A stretch of DNA of 64,000 nucleotides from IMG/VR virus record IMGVR_UViG_3300010340_000980; one strand, 5' to 3'. This document shows positions 59,316 to 64,000 of the stretch, one piece after another; position 1 is the first letter of the stretch, and each line of letters begins with the position of its first letter. The notes below the pieces were generated by a model. That model saw only the letters and a program-made list of their open reading frames with translations, had not been told where the DNA came from and searched no databases. Made by a program: the position numbers and the translations under genes. This DNA comes from an uncultured virus (IMG/VR IMGVR_UViG_3300010340_000980). Lineage: Duplodnaviria; Heunggongvirae; Uroviricota; Caudoviricetes.

Positions 59316-60029
59316 TTAATAACTTTTTCCTTCTTTATATCTTTCTCTTCTTTTATGTCTTCCTTTTCCTCTATTTAATGCTTTATATGTTGGTGTTAAT
59401 GAGTGGCAATTTGGACATAATAACTCAAGATTATCAAGATTATTATTTTCTGAATTACCATCTATATGTTCAAGTTCTATTGGAACTTTATTTGTTATAG
59501 GATTTTTCTCACACCATCCACACCTCATACATTTTTCACCATATATCTCAATTAGAAATCTTTTAGCCATTTTTGAACCATGATTTACACCATTTCTAAT
59601 TTCATCAAATTTAATTTTTCTTTCCAGATTTCTTTGACATTTTATAGAACAGTATTTTCTTTTTAAGAACATATAATTTCTATCAATTTCATATTCCGAA
59701 TTACAGCTTTCACAAATTCGAAATATTTTCTTATCTTTTTCTATCAGAGAATTATCTTTGTTTATTTTTTCATCACTTTCTTTTAGATTTAGAAAAGTTC
59801 TCGAACAGCTCATTGAACAAAACTTTCTTTCTTCACTTATTAGACAATCAAATTCTTTATTACATTGTGAACATATCTTTTTCTCTCTTTTTAATTCATT
59901 ATATTTTGATTTTAATTTATATTTTGATTTTATTCTAACAACCGAAGATCTCGAAATATTCAAAATGTCCGCGATTTCATTATTAGTCAATCCTTGATCC
60001 AATAGATTTTCTAAAATTTGAATTTTCAT
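59316..60029 (-). CDS. HNH homing endonuclease with N-terminal HTH, inserted in the tRNA cluster
   Basis: IELEHIDGNSENNNLDNLELLCPNCHSLT; CxxC motifs. Confidence 0.85.
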   Translation of the reverse strand: MKIQILENLLDQGLTNNEIADILNISRSSVVRIKSKYKLKSKYNELKREKKICSQCNKEFDCLISEERKFCSMSCSRTFLNLKESDEKINKDNSLIEKDKKIFRICESCNSEYEIDRNYMFLKRKYCSIKCQRNLERKIKFDEIRNGVNHGSKMAKRFLIEIYGEKCMRCGWCEKNPITNKVPIELEHIDGNSENNNLDNLELLCPNCHSLTPTYKALNRGKGRHKRRERYKEGKSY

Positions 60030-60081
60030 ATTTTAATTTTTTATTTTATATATTAAAAATATGAGCCTCCCGTCAAAATAG

Positions 60082-60162
60082 AGCCAAGAGCCGGATTCGA
60101 ACCGGCGATGTTTGTGTTCCTCATTACAAGTGAGGTGGAGTCAACCGCTGTCCCATCTTGGC
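60082..60162 (-). tRNA. tRNA-Thr (TGT)
   Basis: cctca-CTTGTAA-tgagg. Confidence 0.85.
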
Positions 60163-60167
60163 GTTAA

Positions 60168-60278
60168 TGGAGGAAAGTTCTAAAAGTGGTTTATACTGAG
60201 GGATTTGAACCCTCTTTTATTGTGTTTAAGACAATTGTGTTAACCATTTCACGAAGTAACACTTTTAATTACCATCCA
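60168..60278 (-). ncRNA. tRNA-like ncRNA: D, anticodon (TAA) and T arms enclosed in a long non-tRNA stem
   Basis: GGATGGTAATTAAAAGTGTTACTTCG-[gtgaaatggttaacac / attgt-CTTAAAC-acaat / gagggTTCAAATccctc]-..CACTTTTAG..TTCCTCCA. Confidence 0.55.
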
Positions 60279-60282
60279 TTTG

Positions 60283-60365
60283 AGGTACTAACTGGATTCG
60301 AACCAGTGTGAGTGGTTTTGCAGACCACTGCCTTCCGTCTTATGACACCACTCGGCCATAGTACC
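60283..60365 (-). tRNA. tRNA-Cys (GCA) with enlarged D-loop
   Basis: gtggt-CTGCAAA-accac. Confidence 0.8.
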
Positions 60366-60370
60366 TTGTT

Positions 60371-60446
60371 GTTGGAATAGTAGGATTTGAACCTACGACA
60401 TTTCGCGTATCAGGCGAACGCTCTCACCAGGCTGAGCTATATTCCA
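60371..60446 (-). tRNA. tRNA-Ile (GAT)
   Basis: ttcgc-CTGATAC-gcgaa. Confidence 0.88.
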
Positions 60447-60451
60447 ATTTG

Positions 60452-60535
60452 TAGGTCCACCCGGATTCGAACCGGGGTTAACTTCTCGTCTCCACTTTGT
60501 AAGAGTGGGATGTTTTACCACTACACCATGGACCT
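60452..60535 (-). tRNA. tRNA-Val (TAC) with long variable region
   Basis: ccact-CTTACAA-agtgg. Confidence 0.8.
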
Positions 60536-60538
60536 ATT

Positions 60539-60619
60539 AAGGAAAGAAAACCTTAGAAGAGTATATTTTGAGCAAATATTAAAAATCAGCGAAGTAACTC
60601 TTTCTAATTACCATTCCTT
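60539..60619 (-). ncRNA. second copy of the GGTAATTA..GTTACTTCG stem ncRNA (no clear tRNA arms)
   Basis: AAGGAATGGTAATTAGAAAGAGTTACTTCG...ACTCTTCTAA..TTTCCTT. Confidence 0.45.
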
Positions 60620-60622
60620 TTG

Positions 60623-60703
60623 TCGGCGTGACTGGGATTGAACCAGCATTTTCACTTACCAATTACCCGTAGCAATCTTATCAGGATTGAGGGTTACACG
60701 CCG
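60623..60703 (-). tRNA. non-canonical tRNA-like gene (GAT, Ile), no D-arm
   Basis: CGGCGTG acceptor, caatc-CTGATAA-gattg, then GTAATTGG, T arm. Confidence 0.55.
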
Positions 60704-60729
60704 TTTTGTTCCAACTGGAACACTTTTTG

Positions 60730-60802
60730 CGGGTCAGGTGGGTAACGATCCCACTCTCCTCGGTTTAACAGACCGCCGCTGTACCATACTAGCTTCTGAC
60801 CC
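60730..60802 (-). tRNA. tRNA-Asn (GTT)
   Basis: cggt-CTGTTAA-accg; atypical T-loop. Confidence 0.7.
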
Positions 60803-60816
60803 TTGTATTCTTTTTG

Positions 60817-60903
60817 AGGACAGGGTGGGATTCGAACCCACGATGGAACTTTCATTCACCAGATTAACAGTCTGGACTTTTCGGCCACTAAAGCAACCCA
60901 TCC
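60817..60903 (-). tRNA. tRNA-Asn (GTT) with long variable arm
   Basis: ccaga-CTGTTAA-tctgg, GGTTCGAATCC. Confidence 0.75.
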
Positions 60904-60908
60904 TTTTG

Positions 60909-60981
60909 TAGCCCCTGCGGGATTCGAACCCACATTCTCGCTTTAGAAGAGCGATGTCCTGTCCAGTTGGACGAAGGAGCC
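60909..60981 (-). tRNA. tRNA-Arg (TCT)
   Basis: tcgct-CTTCTAA-agcga. Confidence 0.85.
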
Positions 60982-61036
60982 ATATTTGGGTTTTTACAAT
61001 ACCTTTCGGATATTTTCAGTCCCAACTCTGTTTTTG

Positions 61037-61125
61037 TACACTAGAAGGGATTCGAACCCCCATTTGATACTATCGCATCTCCAATTACGTATAAGGAGGT
61101 AGAAGCTCCCCTCGGATACTAGTGC
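61037..61125 (-). tRNA. non-canonical tRNA-like gene (TCT, Arg), no D-arm
   Basis: GCACTAG acceptor, ggag-CTTCTAC-ctcc, then GTAATTGG, GGTTCGAATCC. Confidence 0.55.
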
Positions 61126-61188
61126 ATTTTTATTTTTTAACGGGTTTAAGTTTCACAACTAAACCCGACCAGGATTAATTCCTGTTAG

Positions 61189-61276
61189 TGCCTCAGGTGG
61201 GACTCGAACCCACAACGTTTTCCACAAGGGTATTAGTTTCTAAAACTAATGCGTTTCACCGTTTCGCCACTGAGGC
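61189..61276 (-). tRNA. tRNA-Leu (TAG)
   Basis: ttagt-TTTAGAA-actaa, long variable arm. Confidence 0.85.
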
Positions 61277-61285
61277 ATTTATTCG

Positions 61286-61368
61286 TACCCAAGGAGAGAC
61301 TCGAACTCTCACGTCCTTTCAGACACCGGCTTCTTAGACCGGGGTGTCTACCATTCCACCACCTGGGC
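61286..61368 (-). tRNA. tRNA-Leu (AAG)
   Basis: ccggt-CTAAGAA-gccgg, Leu-type D-loop and variable arm. Confidence 0.75.
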
Positions 61369-61413
61369 ATTACCATTTCGCATTTTAAGAGTGCGATATG
61401 TCACCTTCTCTTT

Positions 61414-61489
61414 GTACTCCCCATCGGATTCGAACCGATACCTGTACAGGGTTTAAGTCTGTTGCCTCTGCCGATTGGGCTACGGGAGC
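61414..61489 (-). tRNA. tRNA-Leu (TAA) with short variable loop
   Basis: acaga-CTTAAAC-cctgt. Confidence 0.75.
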
Positions 61490-61499
61490 ATTTATTATA

Positions 61500-61631
61500 C
61501 TATATTACAATATTCCATCCTATTGACATTTCTATAATTGATTTCGCCATTGGAAAACATCTTTTTATTTCTTCCTTTTTCATTCCATTTACTTGACAGA
61601 ATGCCCTTCCATTTATCATTATAATTTTCAT
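61500..61631 (-). CDS. small hypothetical ORF (43 aa)
   Basis: MKIIMINGRAFCQVNGMKKEEIKRCFPMAKSIIEMSIGWNIVI; A-rich upstream region. Confidence 0.4.
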   Translation of the reverse strand: MKIIMINGRAFCQVNGMKKEEIKRCFPMAKSIIEMSIGWNIVI

Positions 61632-61661
61632 CTTTATTTTTTTTAATATTGTTTTTAAAAT

Positions 61662-61696
61662 AAAAAAACCCGAACTTCTTTCGATGTTCGGGTTTG
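61662..61696 (-). terminator. attenuator terminator upstream of the tRNA operon
   Basis: Minus strand AAACCCGAAC-atcgaaagaa-GTTCGGGTTT-TTTT. Confidence 0.85.
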
Positions 61697-61716
61697 TATT
61701 ATTTGGAGTTATTACT

Positions 61717-61827
61717 TCACCTTAAGATGAATCCAAATTTTGCACAACCCGAACCAACGGTTCTAATACATAACGTATTATTCACCATTGTGAGATTCAA
61801 ATTGATATTTAGATTCATTGTTTTCAT
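61717..61827 (-). CDS. leader peptide of putative tRNA-operon attenuator (36 aa)
   Basis: MKTMNLNINLNLTMVNNTLCIRTVGSGCAKFGFILR; contains GTTCGGGTT, complementary to the terminator 5' arm. Confidence 0.75.
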   Translation of the reverse strand: MKTMNLNINLNLTMVNNTLCIRTVGSGCAKFGFILR

Positions 61828-62226
61828 TATTTCTTATATATTAAAAAGTTTATGTCCCTTTTGATTTTGTTTTACAAATATAAGGTGGATTTTTTATCCC
61901 ACCAAATATTTTGTTTTTTAAATCTTTATGTGTTTGTTTTTATTGTATTACAAATATACAATAAAGTTTTAAATTTCCAAATTTATTTTAAATTTTCAAA
62001 GAAATCAGATAACTCCTTTATTAATTTTTCATTGTTTTTAACTATATCATCTGATTCCGGACTATTATAATTAATTGGGTTATCAAAATTTAAGTTTGTG
62101 TTAAAACCCTTTTTTTGACCCAATTTAACATATCAGATAAGGCCCAAAAAACTTCATCAGGTGTGTCACTTCCCCAAGAGTGTAGTAATGTTAAGAAAAA
62201 TTTATTCATCTTTATAACTATTTAGT

Positions 62227-62649
62227 TTATACTACTTCTAAAACTTCAATGTCAAAAATCAAAGTTTGACCAGCTAATGGGTGATTAGCATCAACGATAA
62301 TATTATCATCATTAACTTCACGAACCATAAATGTCACCATTTCACCATTTTGCATATTTGCTTGAAGAGATTGACCAACTTGTACGCCTTGTGGCGCATT
62401 AGTTTTTGGAACAGTAACTCTCAATTCATCTCTATATTCACCATAAGCTTCAATAGCAGGAATTTCAATAGTTTTTTTATCACCAGCAGAAAGACCTAGA
62501 ATACCATTCTCAAAACCTGGGATTAGTGATCCTTCACCAATAACGAACTCAATTGGTTCTCTACCATCTTTCAATGAAGAATCAAACTCTTCATTATTTG
62601 TTAAACGACCAGTATAATGGGCTTTAACTTTACTACCTTCTTTAATCAT
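62227..62649 (-). CDS. FKBP-type peptidyl-prolyl isomerase (SlyD/FkpB-like)
   Basis: HYTGRL..FDSS..LIPGFE..AYGE..VDANHPLAGQTLIFDIEV. Confidence 0.9.
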   Translation of the reverse strand: MIKEGSKVKAHYTGRLTNNEEFDSSLKDGREPIEFVIGEGSLIPGFENGILGLSAGDKKTIEIPAIEAYGEYRDELRVTVPKTNAPQGVQVGQSLQANMQNGEMVTFMVREVNDDNIIVDANHPLAGQTLIFDIEVLEVV

Positions 62650-62743
62650 TTTATTTAATTTAGTTTTTTATTTGTATAGAAAGATATTAAGAAAGTTGTG
62701 ACTCTACCTTCTTTAATATTTGTAAAGATATTAAGAAAGTTTA

Positions 62744-63118
62744 TTAATAGTCAACATTGAATAAGAAGTCTTTTTCAGGAAAAATCCCTTTTCTTCTAAA
62801 GTAATTTACTATATCATTAGTAGCAATATACTCATATTTACCAAGTTTTTTATCTTTATATTTTTGAATCTTATCTTCTAATTCTTCCAGAGTAGGATAA
62901 AATTTATAAGTAGATTTAGGGTTATTGTCCATAAATTTAACTAACCCATAACAACCTGTTCCATATTCTTGACCAATCTCAAACTCTAATTCAACCCCAG
63001 TGTGTTGTTTAAAAAGATCATATAGATCATAATTATTACAATCACCTTCAATCTCAAAATACTCAGAAAGTTTTATTTTAGGACTTTCATCAGATTCATT
63101 AAATTTTTTTATTATCAT
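62744..63118 (-). CDS. hypothetical protein (MIIKKFNES)
   Basis: 124 aa. Confidence 0.7.
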   Translation of the reverse strand: MIIKKFNESDESPKIKLSEYFEIEGDCNNYDLYDLFKQHTGVELEFEIGQEYGTGCYGLVKFMDNNPKSTYKFYPTLEELEDKIQKYKDKKLGKYEYIATNDIVNYFRRKGIFPEKDFLFNVDY

Positions 63119-63123
63119 AGTAT

Positions 63124-63519
63124 TTAAACAAGTTTATTATAGAAATTCCAAAGTTTCTTTTTATCTTTTAAATTTAAAATTGTAAAACCCTCCTCAAAAA
63201 ACCAATGTTCAGAATCATCATCTACACGACCATCCTCCTCAGCACTTTTTAAGTGTTCTGCAGCCATTTTATACATACTATCAAAGAACTTAACTTTATC
63301 TTCTGTTGTATAATCACTTAACTCAATTACCGCATCATTTTCAGAATTTTGTAATTCATCAAGTTCTTTTTGTTTTCTGACAATTTCTGCCTCAATTTCT
63401 TTTCTTCTTCTGTCTTTAAAAGAACTCGTCGTGTTATCTGGCTGTCCAAAAATTTTATCATGAAGATCCTTAATCGGATCTGTTGATTCTGATTTGTTAA
63501 ATTTTTTCAAGTGTTGCAT
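63124..63519 (-). CDS. hypothetical protein (MQHLKKFNKS)
   Basis: 131 aa; AATATATA upstream. Confidence 0.7.
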   Translation of the reverse strand: MQHLKKFNKSESTDPIKDLHDKIFGQPDNTTSSFKDRRRKEIEAEIVRKQKELDELQNSENDAVIELSDYTTEDKVKFFDSMYKMAAEHLKSAEEDGRVDDDSEHWFFEEGFTILNLKDKKKLWNFYNKLV

Positions 63520-63557
63520 GTATTAAAATTATTTTAAATATATATTAAAAAGTCCAA

Positions 63558-64000
63558 TTAAAAAACTGGACTTTTAATTTTTACATCTTCACCATATACA
63601 ATTACACCAACTTTATTCTCAATAGTTGAGAGTGGTGGAAATTCTACTCGGTCAATAACCCATCTTTCAATTAGTAGATCTGGATTGAGTCTTGCTTGGT
63701 GTTTAGCTGGAAGTCTTTCAAGTTCTGAAGAACTAAACTTAGTAACAACTCGCTTTCTTTGAATATAACTACCTCTCTTAAAAAAAGATGGATAATCATT
63801 CCAATTTACACCTTTTTGGAAAAGAAGTTCTTGTTTTTCAGAACCATTCTTACCCATAAGAAAATTATGTGAGTAGTATTCAGAAGCAGCCATTGTAATA
63901 GAGTTCTTGGTTGCATCTTTCTCTCTCCAATAGAAAGTATTCACAGCTTCATCTACATTTGGAACATTCCAAACTCGACAGTCAAATCTTGGCATTTTAT
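63558..64000 (-). CDS. Thg1-like (tRNA-His guanylyltransferase / 3'-5' polymerase), C-terminal part
   Basis: FDCRVWNVP...FYWREKDATKNSI...KGVNWNDYP.FFKRG; frame continues past the window end. Confidence 0.8.
   Translation of the reverse strand, partial: KMPRFDCRVWNVPNVDEAVNTFYWREKDATKNSITMAASEYYSHNFLMGKNGSEKQELLFQKGVNWNDYPSFFKRGSYIQRKRVVTKFSSSELERLPAKHQARLNPDLLIERWVIDRVEFPPLSTIENKVGVIVYGEDVKIKSPVF

Noticed and set aside
61189..61489. TAG and TAA anticodons as suppressor tRNAs or an alternative genetic code
   Set aside because: These anticodons read CTA and TTA (Leu), and long genes are intact in the standard code.
60387..61596. Plus-strand ORFs 60387, 60687 and 61249
   Set aside because: Antisense shadows of tRNA genes.
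62679..62741. 18-bp direct repeat AAAGATATTAAGAAAGTT
   Set aside because: Only two AT-rich copies; probably a small duplication upstream of the PPIase gene.

Overview
AT-rich segment of a large (jumbo, T4-like) phage genome in the standard genetic code. The host is probably Bacteroidota: TAnnTTTG -7 promoter elements recur, and one protein has a Bacteroidota-style signal peptide. Conventional content: NAD-dependent ligase (partial), large virion-type proteins, S1-domain protein, RNase R, ClpP, NUDIX, PhoH, M28 peptidase, SlyD-like PPIase, Thg1-like protein (partial), several homing-type endonucleases and a minus-strand cluster of about 16 tRNA/tRNA-like genes. Three systems stand out. (1) 13.8-24.0 kb: an integron-like array of 18 gene cassettes separated by TAAC...GTTA hairpins. 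It ends at an IntI-like tyrosine recombinase that lacks the IntI-specific insertion. All genes point toward the integrase, hairpins contain promoters or coding leaders, and many cassette proteins carry an N-terminal motif resembling the T4 capsid-targeting sequence. (2) 61.66-61.83 kb: a leader-peptide/antiterminator/terminator attenuator upstream of the tRNA operon; its first 24 codons include a codon for every anticodon in the operon. (3) 49590-57039: a 7.45 kb IS1595-family transposon (26-bp perfect IRs, 8-bp TSD) carrying a truncated helicase-methyltransferase and phage-type genes. All calls were made by eye from motifs; no database searches were run.
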